This document shows positions 10,132 to 21,345 of a DNA stretch of 64,000 bases, piece after piece. This DNA is from Paramoeba atlantica (lineage: Eukaryota > Protista > Discosea). Each line of letters opens with the position of its first letter. The stretch's first letter is position 1. Under the pieces are notes generated by a model. That model searched no databases and had not been told where the DNA came from. It saw only the letters and a program-made list of their open reading frames with translations. The stretch is taken from the NCBI GenBank assembly GCA_977017575.1, contig CDRNVI010000039.1, positions 248,001 to 312,000 on the forward strand. The letters are read 5' to 3'. Made by a program: the position numbers and the translations under genes.

Positions 10132-12114
10132 TCAATCGTCTAGCTCTCTTAGAACACTAAAAAAACTCTCTGCGTATTTTAACAACTCCACTATGGACCG
10201 AGATGAATTTTTCGAGTTGCTGAATGTAGTAAACGCCTCCGAGAGTACAATATCGCATTCGTAGAGAATACGCAAGAAGTGCCCCAGACGTGACCACAGA
10301 GACGAATGAAGATTTATGCATTCTAAAAAACCTCTTAATTTATCTACTCCAGCTGCATCCTCTCTGCCCCCAAAGCGATCTTCCAGCAGAATACCTTGGA
10401 AAGTTATACAACATTTTTTAAAACATTTCTGTGCTGCTTTTGAGTGATCCTGTGAGAAGTCCTCTGAAGATATTGCGTGTTTCGTTTCCACATGTTGAAT
10501 AGAATATTGCAACAGTGATACTAATAAAGCAACACCCACGTCCTCTGGCGATTTATTGTAGCAAAAACGAAGTTGACTGAGTCCTGTTGATACATCTCGA
10601 AGATCGTGATCACTCTCCAAAGCACAGCAAATAGTGTCGGTGATTTCCAATTGGAACATTTCCTTACTGTCTTTGCATTTCACACTATCCTTTTGTGCAC
10701 ATTTCGTACTACTGGTTGCATGAGAACACGAAAAGTTTTGAACAGAATTGGATTCCTTTTTACAAACAGATATAAACTGCTGAGATAGTGGCCCAAAACT
10801 TGAAATATCCGAAGGTAAAGGTGAAGTATAGGTCGATTCTCGTACAGATCGAGAGCCGGTATCCATACTAGGGGAAGTGGATGATTCGATTGTGGTGTCT
10901 TCAGGCCGTTGGTAAACTCCTTGAACACTGATATTTCCTTCCAATGATGCATCATATTCTAAGGGATTTCCCCAATTGGTTTTAATACATTGAAGCGCGC
11001 AGCTCGATAATCGTTTGAGAAGGAATTTGCTAGAAATAATCTCCAAAGCTACTTTATTTCCGAGAAGGTCATCGGCTAAGGTGGTTTCTGAGAAGTCCAA
11101 CAAAGTTTCTAGATCAAAATTCTCTTTGAATACCTGTATGACTTCTGCACTACAGAATGCCATTCCTGAATCCCCAAGATCACTGCGAAGCCTTACCGAA
11201 ATATGAGAAGCCAGAACGTTATTATGAAGAACCAATTCAGAATGAGAATTTTCCTGCATAGAAATTATTGCGTGTAGCCTTGAATCTTCATCACAAAGGG
11301 TTGCTATTTTCTCTAAAGTGCAGGAGCAGGATGATCTATGCCTACGATGCTCATTCATTTCGATTTCATTAACGTTTTTTCGACCATTTGAGAAGGCCGA
11401 GATTTGCTCGTACATGAATATGGTCATCAAGACTTTTGGGTCTTTCGACCTACGAGTTCGATGTCGAATATACGCACTGGAAAGTTCTGTGTAGTTGCGA
11501 ACTATATCACTTCGAAGAATTAAGAAATCTTTCTCTCCAAGAAAGGTGTGAAGTGAGGAGGTTAAATGAAGCTCTCTCAAGGAGTCACCAAGAGATGAGC
11601 ATCTAGGTTTTGATGCACACACTACTCTGACAGAAACCATTCTTGGAAGGTCTCGCAAATTTTTTAGAACATCCAAATAACTTTCAGTTCCATCGGCGTG
11701 ACTTGGATTTGCACAAAATATTAAAATCTTTTGAACGCCATTGAAGAGTAAAAATTGCAAGCTGTAGCGCAATGAGCTCTTCATAAAACATGATAGCTCC
11801 ACAGTCTGAGACGAAAATTCATCACAAGAGTTTACCATGTTCGAGGTGCTAGTGGAAGGTTCGGGGGATAGAAAGAGCAACGCCGAAACTAGCTTGAAAT
11901 CCGTAGTTGATAACTTCGAGTCCACCTTACGTGGACCATTTTTTTCTCGTGAGCCCATAGGAGAGAAGTTGGTGAGAAAGAAGAGGAAGCTATAAAGTGT
12001 TTTGTAGTAGTAGGATATATACCACATGTACCAAAGCAATACGTTATTTGCATGTAGACACACAACATAAAATGAGTTTGAATACAATGTGTTTGAATGC
12101 ATATAAAACATCAA
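10132..12114 (-). CDS. Translation initiation factor eIF2B epsilon subunit (likely start ATG at 11958)
   Basis: Nucleotidyltransferase-like region (DFLILRSDIVRN, RSDLGDSGMAFCSAEVIQVFKENFD) and a C-terminal W2/HEAT region (FQLEITDTI...LRFCYN...LYECDIV). Confidence 0.8.
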   Translation of the reverse strand: MMFYMHSNTLYSNSFYVVCLHANNVLLWYMWYISYYYKTLYSFLFFLTNFSPMGSREKNGPRKVDSKLSTTDFKLVSALLFLSPEPSTSTSNMVNSCDEFSSQTVELSCFMKSSLRYSLQFLLFNGVQKILIFCANPSHADGTESYLDVLKNLRDLPRMVSVRVVCASKPRCSSLGDSLRELHLTSSLHTFLGEKDFLILRSDIVRNYTELSSAYIRHRTRRSKDPKVLMTIFMYEQISAFSNGRKNVNEIEMNEHRRHRSSCSCTLEKIATLCDEDSRLHAIISMQENSHSELVLHNNVLASHISVRLRSDLGDSGMAFCSAEVIQVFKENFDLETLLDFSETTLADDLLGNKVALEIISSKFLLKRLSSCALQCIKTNWGNPLEYDASLEGNISVQGVYQRPEDTTIESSTSPSMDTGSRSVRESTYTSPLPSDISSFGPLSQQFISVCKKESNSVQNFSCSHATSSTKCAQKDSVKCKDSKEMFQLEITDTICCALESDHDLRDVSTGLSQLRFCYNKSPEDVGVALLVSLLQYSIQHVETKHAISSEDFSQDHSKAAQKCFKKCCITFQGILLEDRFGGREDAAGVDKLRGFLECINLHSSLWSRLGHFLRILYECDIVLSEAFTTFSNSKNSSRSIVELLKYAESFFSVLRELDD

Positions 12115-12248
12115 AATTCAAGTTCCTATTGATTGCACCATGCGTTGGCTTGCGAAAAAGAGCCCAAAATATTAGAAGTCAAAGCGTAATTTTGTCTATA
12201 TTTGTATAGCGGTCTATTCTGCGCGCGAGTATTCTGATAAAAAAATAC

Positions 12249-14678
12249 CTATACATTAAGAGTCGCCTTTGTATGCTTAAAAAGCTGAGTACTCGGTTTA
12301 GGAAACACTCTCTTCCACAGATCAAGACACACAACATCATGTTGCTGAACCGGGTTCTTAAAAAGCGCCTTGAAGCTTCCGTGAGAACCAATCGGCTTCA
12401 AAATGGACCCCTTTCCTCCGTGTTTGGTTCGTATTCCAACGGGAGAGAACCACTGGACATCCTCCGCATTGAAGAACATGAAACGAACTGCAGCGATTCG
12501 ATTTCGGACTTTATTAGGTCTTCCTGTAAGTGTAATCCGCTTTAGAAGCATCAGCGAGGGATCGGGTGGAAGCATTGTTCCATTTGCGGCAAACGACCAG
12601 TTTGTGCTTCCGTCGTCGTTCTGCGTGAGTGCCCACGCCAGTATAGGGCATGGGGTATGACTCAAGGGACCGAAGAACGTGGCTCGCGCTCTCATGTCAC
12701 TTTCTCTAAAGCTCCGGAGATATTTTGCTCGATCGCACATGCGTGAGGATAGCTGAGAATAAAGGGGCGACGAGTAGAGCAAACGAAAACCAATAGCACA
12801 TAACATAGGATGTTTACTTGGAATAGGCTCCTCAAAATCATCTTTGCGATATTGTAGAGAGGCGTGAAGAACTGTCCACTTTTGTTCATGAGGAAGAAGA
12901 CCACTAATGATAAGTGGGTTGAGTTCGCAAATAGTGTTAGCATCAGATTCCGGAGCACAAACGGTTATCGATACATAATCTCCGGCAGAAAATTTCGCAC
13001 AAGTTGCATCACACTCAGGGATATCTCCGAAGTAAGGTTTCACGCCATCTTTGACGAGGCGCTTGTAATCGCGTATGTGATAAATTTGAGCATAACTTGG
13101 AGGAAGATTTTCGTTTGAGTCCCAAGGAGCGGAGAAGGAAGTCAGTCCTCGGTACTTTGCCAATCGTTCCCTGATTCGCATATTCGGGTGAAATTCAACT
13201 TCGTCTTGGTTAGCATCGTCCATGGTTGGCTCTTCCTCGTCATTATTTTCACTCAATAATTCCGTACCAGATGCTTCACGATCAGTGAGTTCTTCTTCAG
13301 AGTGAATCTCACCTGCGAATTCTCTTTCAGCATCTCGAAAAGATAATTGGCTCGTTTTTAATGCCTTTTTCGTTAGAAGGGAAGAATTGCTGTCTGGAGC
13401 AACACCGATGTTATCCTTTTCAAACCATCCTGTGTGATATTCTGATAAGCCTTGAGGAACCTGTACGTAGCGAATTGGAGCCTGAAAAGTTTCAGCGGAA
13501 GGCCACGTTTGTTCCACGCCTCCAAGCATCGGATCTACGGAGTTTAGACAATCAAGGGAGTCAGGATTGCCCAATTCACCCCGGTGAAATTTTATCGCAT
13601 CTTTTTCTATGCACTGAATCACATACGTTCCCAACCCTGTGACGTGGAGTAGTTGATTAGCGCTAATTGGTTGGCCACGAAGGTGGCCTGCAAAACGCAA
13701 GTGGACCATCTTTTGTGATCGTTCAGAGGAAGCATTCTCCTTGTCAAGATCCATTGTTACTTGATCCGCAGAATCTGGTAATATTTCGACTGTGTCTGGA
13801 AGCATGTATGGCTTAATTTGACGCCATTGTAAATCAAACAAGGGACATTCCTTTAATCCACGCCAGAGCTTGGTAAGTTCGCCTTCCTCATGAAAAAATA
13901 ATTTTTCCGATGGAAGAACACTGTGAAAATACCGCTCATGAAGCTTGACCACACTAGCCTTGCGTTGCTTTGTAAGACCATTTAGCCCTACGAAGAATAT
14001 GAATACGGTAGGAACACCTTGAGCATTCAACAAGTGTATATTGTAGCGACCTAAGTCATCTACAGCGAGCCCTATGTCGGAGTACCATGTATTCATAGGC
14101 GATTCTTGCTCTCCATTTTCGCTGAAATCTTCTTCCATGCAGGGATCATTAGAACAATTGGCTTCTGCAGCGACGCTTACAACGAGTACCACAATGTCGG
14201 ATACGGCCATAAAACCGATGGCATCCCATGGAGACGTAGTTCTATTTTCCACAGCTAACCACGAAGTTTGTAGTCCTTGCCACTCCAGTGCTTCGGACTT
14301 TGATTTGTTCTGTGGAACATCTTCGGTAGAACCTTTTTGTGACTGTACCCAGCTTCTAATGCGATCGAGCGATGCAAGAGTGTGACATGTTTCGCTCATT
14401 GGAATAAGGCTTACAATGCGCCGACTTTCTCCTCTTCCAATTCGACGAGATTGTACCGTATTTGTTCGGGACTGATGTCTACGCTGTTGTGAAGTTTGAA
14501 TGCGTCGACTTTTATCTCCTTGACCAAGCCCTCCTTTCTGCAGACGTACAGAGCCCTGCGGCATGCGGATCGTTCGCGCTGCTCCGCGTCCAGATTGCTT
14601 CTTCTTCACTGCACTCTTGCTGCGATGCTTTTGCTTGTGAGCTTTATTTTTCTGGTTAGTCATAGATAAAAAATCCAA
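12249..14678 (-). CDS. TSR1: Pre-rRNA processing protein TSR1
   Basis: N-terminal NKAHKQKHRSK, RERLAKYRGLTSF...PWD, and a C-terminal BMS1/TSR1 domain (KRITLTGRP, VRFMFFNAEDVQWF, IGSHGSFKALF, LWKRVFPK). Confidence 0.93.
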   Translation of the reverse strand: MDFLSMTNQKNKAHKQKHRSKSAVKKKQSGRGAARTIRMPQGSVRLQKGGLGQGDKSRRIQTSQQRRHQSRTNTVQSRRIGRGESRRIVSLIPMSETCHTLASLDRIRSWVQSQKGSTEDVPQNKSKSEALEWQGLQTSWLAVENRTTSPWDAIGFMAVSDIVVLVVSVAAEANCSNDPCMEEDFSENGEQESPMNTWYSDIGLAVDDLGRYNIHLLNAQGVPTVFIFFVGLNGLTKQRKASVVKLHERYFHSVLPSEKLFFHEEGELTKLWRGLKECPLFDLQWRQIKPYMLPDTVEILPDSADQVTMDLDKENASSERSQKMVHLRFAGHLRGQPISANQLLHVTGLGTYVIQCIEKDAIKFHRGELGNPDSLDCLNSVDPMLGGVEQTWPSAETFQAPIRYVQVPQGLSEYHTGWFEKDNIGVAPDSNSSLLTKKALKTSQLSFRDAEREFAGEIHSEEELTDREASGTELLSENNDEEEPTMDDANQDEVEFHPNMRIRERLAKYRGLTSFSAPWDSNENLPPSYAQIYHIRDYKRLVKDGVKPYFGDIPECDATCAKFSAGDYVSITVCAPESDANTICELNPLIISGLLPHEQKWTVLHASLQYRKDDFEEPIPSKHPMLCAIGFRLLYSSPLYSQLSSRMCDRAKYLRSFRESDMRARATFFGPLSHTPCPILAWALTQNDDGSTNWSFAANGTMLPPDPSLMLLKRITLTGRPNKVRNRIAAVRFMFFNAEDVQWFSPVGIRTKHGGKGSILKPIGSHGSFKALFKNPVQQHDVVCLDLWKRVFPKPSTQLFKHTKATLNV

Positions 14679-14961
14679 TCAAAAATCAAAGACACTCAAA
14701 TGTTGCGACTAGAAGCTAGAAAATGACCACGGAAAATTGGAGGTAAAACAATAACTTATCTCTCCACATGCAGTAGCTTTTCATTTTCCCGTGTTGGTCA
14801 AAATAGCAGCCTAAATAAAACAACGATTTACAAAAAGGGATGCACTTGTACGACGTTACACAATATAAAAAAAAGAGGTATGTGATAACAATGTAGAATT
14901 ACATGGTTCACTCTCTGTTTAATATTTTCCCTTTTTGTGTCCATGGACCTCAGGTTAGTAG

Positions 14962-15789
14962 CTACTCTCTTACTTCGTCGTACGGATTTCCTTCATGAGA
15001 AATATAAACGGAAGCTGGTACACGCCTAAGATCCAGATGCCCGCCCAAGGCGTTATGCGAGATATCAAGAACAGCGAGCGCAGAGGACACGCGACCTGCG
15101 ACAGGGATCATTGTCGTGAACTGGTTATACGACAAATCCAGCTCAGTTAGACGAGGAGGTAAACGAGAAACGTCAATAATTTCACCACAGAATTGGTTGT
15201 GCTCCAGGTACAGCCCAATCAAATAGGGAGGGAGAGCACCTAGGTTCACGAAACCTCCAAACAGGTTACGTCGCAGACAAAGTAGATTAAGCTGGGGTGG
15301 TAGACGACTGAGGGATATCTCCCCGCCAAAGTGATTGGTACCCAAGTCGAGCTCTGTTAGGGAATTCGGGAGGACTTCCAAATTTACCGGACCACGAAAA
15401 AGAGCACACGCAAGACGGATCGTTGAAAGCGTATCCGTGAGAACAGGGGTGGGAATCTCCCCGGTCAAGGCACTCCTCCTCTCGGGGTGACCTCCGATGT
15501 TTATCCGGGTGAGCTCAGAGGGAGCATAAGACCAGCTTAAGTTGCCTCGGAGGGCAAATCCTCGCCACAACAGGGCGCTGACTTTGGACGGGGCGTCACA
15601 CAGCACTCCCTCCCAGCGACAAACACTGTGACGGGTGTTCCATGAGGAGGGACTGTGCGTAAGTTGTGCCACAAATTTTTGGAAGATATCCTCGTCAGAG
15701 AGCAGGGAGGCCCGAGCCTTCCCAAGACGAAGCCTATCACAAGGTACAACATCGCGTGTATAGACTTTTTGAGTAATTGTAACAAGCAT
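14962..15789 (-). CDS. Leucine-rich repeat protein (paralog 1)
   Basis: N-cap CRWEGVLC followed by ~22-aa repeats of type LPxxLxxLxLxxNxFxGxxxLxx. Confidence 0.88.
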   Translation of the reverse strand: MLVTITQKVYTRDVVPCDRLRLGKARASLLSDEDIFQKFVAQLTHSPSSWNTRHSVCRWEGVLCDAPSKVSALLWRGFALRGNLSWSYAPSELTRINIGGHPERRSALTGEIPTPVLTDTLSTIRLACALFRGPVNLEVLPNSLTELDLGTNHFGGEISLSRLPPQLNLLCLRRNLFGGFVNLGALPPYLIGLYLEHNQFCGEIIDVSRLPPRLTELDLSYNQFTTMIPVAGRVSSALAVLDISHNALGGHLDLRRVPASVYISHEGNPYDEVRE

Positions 15790-15976
15790 TGTAAGGAGGG
15801 AGAAATGTAAATGACGAACAAAAATAGAAAAAGGGGTTATTTCGTTGAAAAGAGTGAAACGGGTAAAAGGAAATAATGCATGAAGTCTAGGAGCAAGAGA
15901 GTCTTGAATAAGGAATTAACACACGAAGGTAAGGTGTTGAAAATACATTCGGACGCACATTTAATATTTCGTGGAG

Positions 15977-17497
15977 CTAAAAGTTTTTCTTTACTCGAAA
16001 GTTGAGCCCGTTTTTTTCAGCACTTAGCATATTCCTTTGATATTGTTGCACGTCCGGATTAGCTCGGAGTACGTCAATGGAATCGACGCGGTAGTATAAA
16101 TAAAATGGAAGACTAAAAGGAATTTGACTTGCATAATCCACTAAATATTGCATAAGAGTTGATTCCTTCTCCGGGGGTAGTCGAAAACATGCCAGATCAT
16201 GTACCATAATCGTGACCTGAAGCGGAAGTCGCCCGGGATCGTCAATCGCAAGGGTGGGGCTGATGTACTCCGATTGAGACTTCTGCGAATTTCTATTCGA
16301 CTCCGGCTGTTGTGACCTTGAAGAGCCATCGCCACTGGTGCTCTTTGCTCGCGAAAGTTTGGGATCGGAAAACCACTCCTCCTTCCCACCTTCTGGCTTC
16401 GGCGCGTTCGCGGTAACTTTAATGATAACAGAGGGTGCAAATGGTACATCCACGGGCACCCCACGCAAAAACCTCTGCGGCGGGGGCACCATAAACCACG
16501 GCCGCAGTACCCCTTGCTGATCCACCATCCGGTATTCCACCACCGTCCCATCCGGATCCGGAGCATAATTCAACGTGTAGGCCATATCCGGCTGCAACTC
16601 CCCCGGTCGAATCTCCAACGGCTGCGGCACCCCTTTCTCCGTCCCATGCACCTCCAACAACTCCCCCAACACGTGCCGTAGCTTCTCCGCGTGCGTATCC
16701 CACTCCACCGCCGGGGCAATCACCTGTGCATCATATCTCGGATCCTCCGGGTGTACCCTAAAATCGAACCCCATTGTCTGCACCACAAACCGCGATGGCC
16801 CCGGCCCCGGCTCCCACACCCGCGCACGGTACTCCTGCCGCCGCCTCCCCACGATCTCCAACGGGGGCATCGCCCGGGTCTCCACCACCACCCCGTCCTG
16901 CATACTCCGATGCCGGGAGAGCGAGGCGGCGTGGGTGGCACTGCCCGCGGCTCCGCCCGAGTGAGCCGACCGGGCCACGAGCTTGTGCTCGAAGTAGCAC
17001 GAGGCGGTGTGGCCGTCCTCCCCGCAGCGCCCACCGTGCGCGACACGACCCGCGCGGGTGCAGTACGTCTGGGGCGCGGAGGAGAGGGAACTCTGGGTGA
17101 GTACCCCGCAGAGGTGGGCGTGGAGGGCGAGGGCCAGGATGGTGCGTTGGGCGGGGGTGAGACGGAGGGCGTCGAAGACCATCAGACGCTCGGACCGGGG
17201 AAGGGTTTTAAGGTCATGCCAGTCGAGTTGCATTTGACGGAGACGGGCGCCGAGGGGTCGGAGGTTAAGACGCATGGGGTACTGACGACGACCTTTGTGG
17301 GTGCTGAGGGTTTCGAGGATGAGATCGAGGGATTCGTAGCGGTTTTCTTCTGTGACTTTGTCGTATTTTAAGGAAAGTTCTTTGTTGTAGCCGCCACGGG
17401 TGTTGCCATAAGATTCCCTTGAAAGTTGATCGCTGGAGCTTATTGGACGAGGTACGGGAGCAGAAACACGAAGCGAACGCAAGCAAGCGCGAAACAT
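15977..17497 (-). CDS. Hypothetical protein, probably mitochondrial
   Basis: 506-aa ORF on the gene strand. MFRACLRSLR presequence-like start. Family not recognised. Confidence 0.75.
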   Translation of the reverse strand: MFRACLRSLRVSAPVPRPISSSDQLSRESYGNTRGGYNKELSLKYDKVTEENRYESLDLILETLSTHKGRRQYPMRLNLRPLGARLRQMQLDWHDLKTLPRSERLMVFDALRLTPAQRTILALALHAHLCGVLTQSSLSSAPQTYCTRAGRVAHGGRCGEDGHTASCYFEHKLVARSAHSGGAAGSATHAASLSRHRSMQDGVVVETRAMPPLEIVGRRRQEYRARVWEPGPGPSRFVVQTMGFDFRVHPEDPRYDAQVIAPAVEWDTHAEKLRHVLGELLEVHGTEKGVPQPLEIRPGELQPDMAYTLNYAPDPDGTVVEYRMVDQQGVLRPWFMVPPPQRFLRGVPVDVPFAPSVIIKVTANAPKPEGGKEEWFSDPKLSRAKSTSGDGSSRSQQPESNRNSQKSQSEYISPTLAIDDPGRLPLQVTIMVHDLACFRLPPEKESTLMQYLVDYASQIPFSLPFYLYYRVDSIDVLRANPDVQQYQRNMLSAEKNGLNFRVKKNF

Positions 17498-17969
17498 AAA
17501 AAAAGTAAACGATCAAAAAGGTGTCGTTCAATTTCTAGTTTAGTTTCGAATATTTGAAGGAAAATTTATTGTTCTTCTTAAAAGACTTTATAACTCTGAA
17601 AATTGCGCCATGTAAAACAAAGAGAAATGACTCAATCAATATCACTTTATATTCTCACACAGCTATGTACGTATACCATGTGCTTGATGCACTGTGAATA
17701 CGTACTGTATTCACTACGTACACTGCGAATAAGGTGATGTCGTATAAAATATAGGTCCAACTATGTTTTGCAACTTGATGAGTAATTAAATATCGAATGT
17801 ATGATAAAAATAGAAAGTTCACCTTTTAGTATTTGATTTAGCCTTGAACAATTCTTTTATCTCCCCGTGCGGACTATATTTTTACAAACTACACGCAAAA
17901 ATATGTAATCATTGTTTTGAAGCATAACCGAAGTAGGGATTGAAATGAAATGTAGTAATACTTCCATTA

Positions 17970-19937
17970 TCACGCAACGATCTTGCTTGGATAGTAGCTT
18001 CGGTATAAACTTCGCGCGACAGTACGGTGAAGTCCGGATTGCATCCTTTCTTTGGCAATGAGGTGGCACGTTTCATTTATGCACTGATATAATTTTTCCA
18101 GCTTCAAGGACCATTGTTCCGTTACAGAAGCGTCAGCATTCCTAACACTTTCAAACACAACAATGCCACGCGCACGGTCAATTTTTGCATGCATAGCGCC
18201 CTCACTGACGAGGTTCATGAGAATAATTTCAATATTTGCGATTGGAAGTTCAAGCAACTCGCATAATTTCTGAAGAGTGCATCGTGTGTAACATTTTGAA
18301 AGAAGGATAACATTATGCGACATTAACTGCGTACAAATTTTGGCTAGAAGCTCAGGGTAAGAATTAAAGAAAGGGTGTTTACTCAACGGCGAAAAATATT
18401 TTTCATCTGCTTTTACCGACGAAATAGGCGACTTGCCAAGAAAGTCCATAGCTAGGTCCTTTAACAGCGTCATCGAAAAAAGAGATTGTTTATCAACTGA
18501 GTGATCAATTTGAGACAAATCTTTCGCGTGATAACCTGACAACACACTTTGCGATGCTAATTCCGAAATCCACTTGGTTCTTTCCAATGGATCAGGAACT
18601 GGAGCCGTTAACGTAGACGGGAAAACTTCCCCAGTGTTTCCGCGTTTGAAATCCGCATTGCTACAGATTAGAAGAAAAAGTACCGCCTTTTGATATGTAA
18701 TCCTGATTGCAAATGTTACTTTTGATACAGTATCGCTTGACTGTTCTTCATCAGATGAAGCCAAGAGAAGCTCTTTAAGTTCTCTCAAATGATATGACCA
18801 TTCCCACCAGCAACGGGCGACTTCTGAGTATTGGGAATTGTGCATATGATATAAAATGCGGCACCGTAGGTAAAATTCAGTCGAACTCTTACATGGACGT
18901 ATCTCGTCGTGAAATAGGAACTCTTTATTATTCCCATTTTTGCAAAAACGTGGAATGTCGAATTGCTTTTTTGAGGCCTCTTCCAATGCTTGAGGTCCAA
19001 TTTTTCGCAGCAGAAGCCCAGATCGAGGATAATCTTGCATGTAGATACAAAAAGCTATGTGATAAAGTAGATTCAGCGTTCTTTCTCCACGAGCCATAGA
19101 TGATACATTTTCAATTTGCAAGTCTTGTAGCAGTTCGAAAGCTTCATTTTTTAAAGACATTACCTGAGAGTCAGACTGTTCGTTAGAACTTAGTTCAACG
19201 AGGACCTTAACTAGACGAAGCGTACTGTATGTGTGCTCTAACTCCACATGGAGCTTACTACGAGTGGCCTTTGAAAAACGACGCAGCAACGGTAAGAGCA
19301 ATGTCTCAATTTCCGGAACAGTCTCAGCGATCAGTTCATTTGAAACGGGTATTAAATTGTCTGATAATTGCTGCAAACCGTCGTAACATTCACCAACAAT
19401 AGTTGCTTGAGTTTTCGCTGCCTGACCACGTCTTTGAAGAAAGAATTCCATGAGATCTACCATATCTAGATATCGGGAAGCCAATTTATATATTCGAAGA
19501 AGTTGCTGCGAAATAAAAGTCACAGTGTCAATGTCCCCTGCTAAACGTGCCCTTTTCTCCATATTCAGAAATGCAATAAGATCATTTCGAAGGAGCATTT
19601 CTTCGCTAGAAAGATTTGACAAATGCTCCATATCACTCTGATGTTGGCAGAGCCATGTCGCTGATGGTATAAGGCAAGAGATTTCAGGCGCTATTCTACT
19701 ATCTAAGAGCTTTCCTGGTTCCTCGATAGACGATTCATCCGGTAATTTTTCTAGAACCTTCGAAAAGGATTTGAACGATAGTAGGATTCGATTGTTTACG
19801 GCATTAGCCTCTTCGGAAAAGTCTTTCTCCTTTTTCCAGACCCCAGTTTTCCACTCACTGACGTCGCGATCTCCTACATCATCAATTTCCATACTTCCTA
19901 TACTGTAAAAGTATAAAAACAAACAATCTAAATACAC
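17970..19937 (-). CDS. RPN5: 26S proteasome lid subunit RPN5/PSMD12 (likely start ATG at 19892)
   Basis: LNMEKRARLAGD near the N-terminus and a C-terminal PCI domain (HNVILLSKCYTRCTLQKLCELL, HAKIDRARGIVVF, TCHLIAKERM). Confidence 0.9.
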   Translation of the reverse strand: MYLDCLFLYFYSIGSMEIDDVGDRDVSEWKTGVWKKEKDFSEEANAVNNRILLSFKSFSKVLEKLPDESSIEEPGKLLDSRIAPEISCLIPSATWLCQHQSDMEHLSNLSSEEMLLRNDLIAFLNMEKRARLAGDIDTVTFISQQLLRIYKLASRYLDMVDLMEFFLQRRGQAAKTQATIVGECYDGLQQLSDNLIPVSNELIAETVPEIETLLLPLLRRFSKATRSKLHVELEHTYSTLRLVKVLVELSSNEQSDSQVMSLKNEAFELLQDLQIENVSSMARGERTLNLLYHIAFCIYMQDYPRSGLLLRKIGPQALEEASKKQFDIPRFCKNGNNKEFLFHDEIRPCKSSTEFYLRCRILYHMHNSQYSEVARCWWEWSYHLRELKELLLASSDEEQSSDTVSKVTFAIRITYQKAVLFLLICSNADFKRGNTGEVFPSTLTAPVPDPLERTKWISELASQSVLSGYHAKDLSQIDHSVDKQSLFSMTLLKDLAMDFLGKSPISSVKADEKYFSPLSKHPFFNSYPELLAKICTQLMSHNVILLSKCYTRCTLQKLCELLELPIANIEIILMNLVSEGAMHAKIDRARGIVVFESVRNADASVTEQWSLKLEKLYQCINETCHLIAKERMQSGLHRTVARSLYRSYYPSKIVA

Positions 19938-20087
19938 AATGTATGGTGATCTTTATTTATAGTGATCAACACTACCTAGAAGATAATACTGTCTGGAAAA
20001 TAGATGTATGCAGAAAAATGTCTCGCCGGAAAACCAGTTTAATAAGCAGAATAAACTTTATTCTGAAAGACCGAGTATAGCTTGAGG

Positions 20088-20516
20088 CTAAGTTCTTCTT
20101 CGTTTAATGGTTGGCCCTTCATCACATATCATATCATTCCCTGAACAACCAATGTCCTTTTCTAGTGATGCGGGCTTTTGTTGAAGAACGTTTTCCTGTT
20201 TTCTAGGGGCGTTTGACTTCAGACGCTTCCTCAATAATCCACGCGCTCTCTTGCTTAAATGTTTTTGTGTTTTTTCCGTTTCTATTGTGTAAGCTGTATT
20301 CTTCAGATGTGCCTGTTTAGTGATCGAAGACTCCATTTCATAACGTGTGCGCTTCCTCTTCGTTTTCTCAAGCCTTTGCAATCGCTGTTCATCAAGGCGT
20401 TTTTGCAGTTTCATTGTTTGCTCATTCAATTGTTTCTGCCTTTCGCGACGTTTCTTTCCCATTTCAAAATAAGAAATTATGGTTGAAAGTAAAATAATAT
20501 AGGTCATCGAATGCAA
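20088..20516 (-). CDS. Small basic Lys/Arg-rich hypothetical protein
   Basis: Gene-strand ORF filling the gap between genes, with a KKRRERQK-type start; possibly nucleolar. Confidence 0.55.
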   Translation of the reverse strand: MHSMTYIILLSTIISYFEMGKKRRERQKQLNEQTMKLQKRLDEQRLQRLEKTKRKRTRYEMESSITKQAHLKNTAYTIETEKTQKHLSKRARGLLRKRLKSNAPRKQENVLQQKPASLEKDIGCSGNDMICDEGPTIKRRRT

Positions 20517-20748
20517 AACTAGTAGGATACTCGAAAAGACCTAGAACTAGATTTGGCGTGGCATATCAAAAAAAAAATTAAACGAAGTTTAATGGATGGA
20601 CAGACGAAATTTAATAGTGGAAATTAGAAATCTCGGAAGCTTTTCGCCCTAAGACAGTCTAATTGGTCTCAATATCGGTCTGTATTTATAAGAGCACGAA
20701 CCTGTCATTTTCCATTAAAAAAATTACGTAGAATGTTTCCTATAAGGC

Positions 20749-21345
20749 CTAAAAGTTGTCCAACTTTCTATTTTGTGAAACAGGTCGGTACGAAAAAGAC
20801 CGAAGACTGGACTCCGTGCGAATAGAGTCAGTGTCACTACCCGCCATCGTTTCATTGTCATCATGATCTCCAAAGCGAAAGTTCAAGAATCTAGCCATAA
20901 ACCAAGTGTAGGATAACCAAATACACATAGAGAATGTGATCCACGTTACTGTTGAGATAATAAAACATAAACACTGTGTGTTGCAAAGAAATCCATGCAA
21001 GTGCACAAGGTAGGCCTCCACTATCCAGCAAGGAAGAATGTGTGGAAAATATATAAGAGCGAATCCCAGTGTGATTCGTCGACGTCTCTCATTTGGAAGC
21101 ATTTCATGTCCGAAACGATAGACCTGCATCCAACAGGCCGAAGCGCCGAATAGGTAAAGTGCGGCCCCCGTGCTCAGACAAATGGCGTAAACCAAAGCTA
21201 TGGTTGAACCTAAAAGAGAAGTTTCAACCCAGAGAAAAGTCCACCAGTAGTAAAGTGACACTATGTAGTGCGAAAGACACCAATACAACAGAAAAAGTGT
21301 TGTTCGTGGTAAACGAATGAAACTAAACACGGCTTGCAGCGCCAT
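20749..21345 (-). CDS. Hypothetical multi-pass membrane protein
   Basis: About four hydrophobic segments and a polar C-terminal tail, on the gene strand. Confidence 0.7.
   Translation of the reverse strand: MALQAVFSFIRLPRTTLFLLYWCLSHYIVSLYYWWTFLWVETSLLGSTIALVYAICLSTGAALYLFGASACWMQVYRFGHEMLPNERRRRITLGFALIYFPHILPCWIVEAYLVHLHGFLCNTQCLCFIISTVTWITFSMCIWLSYTWFMARFLNFRFGDHDDNETMAGSDTDSIRTESSLRSFSYRPVSQNRKLDNF

Noticed and set aside
16141-17371. Many overlapping ORFs, including plus-strand ones, in GC-rich islands (also 29799-30828, 52180-53115, 57618-58774)
   Set aside because: Shadow ORFs expected from stop-poor GC-rich or repetitive sequence antisense to real genes; no recognisable domains.
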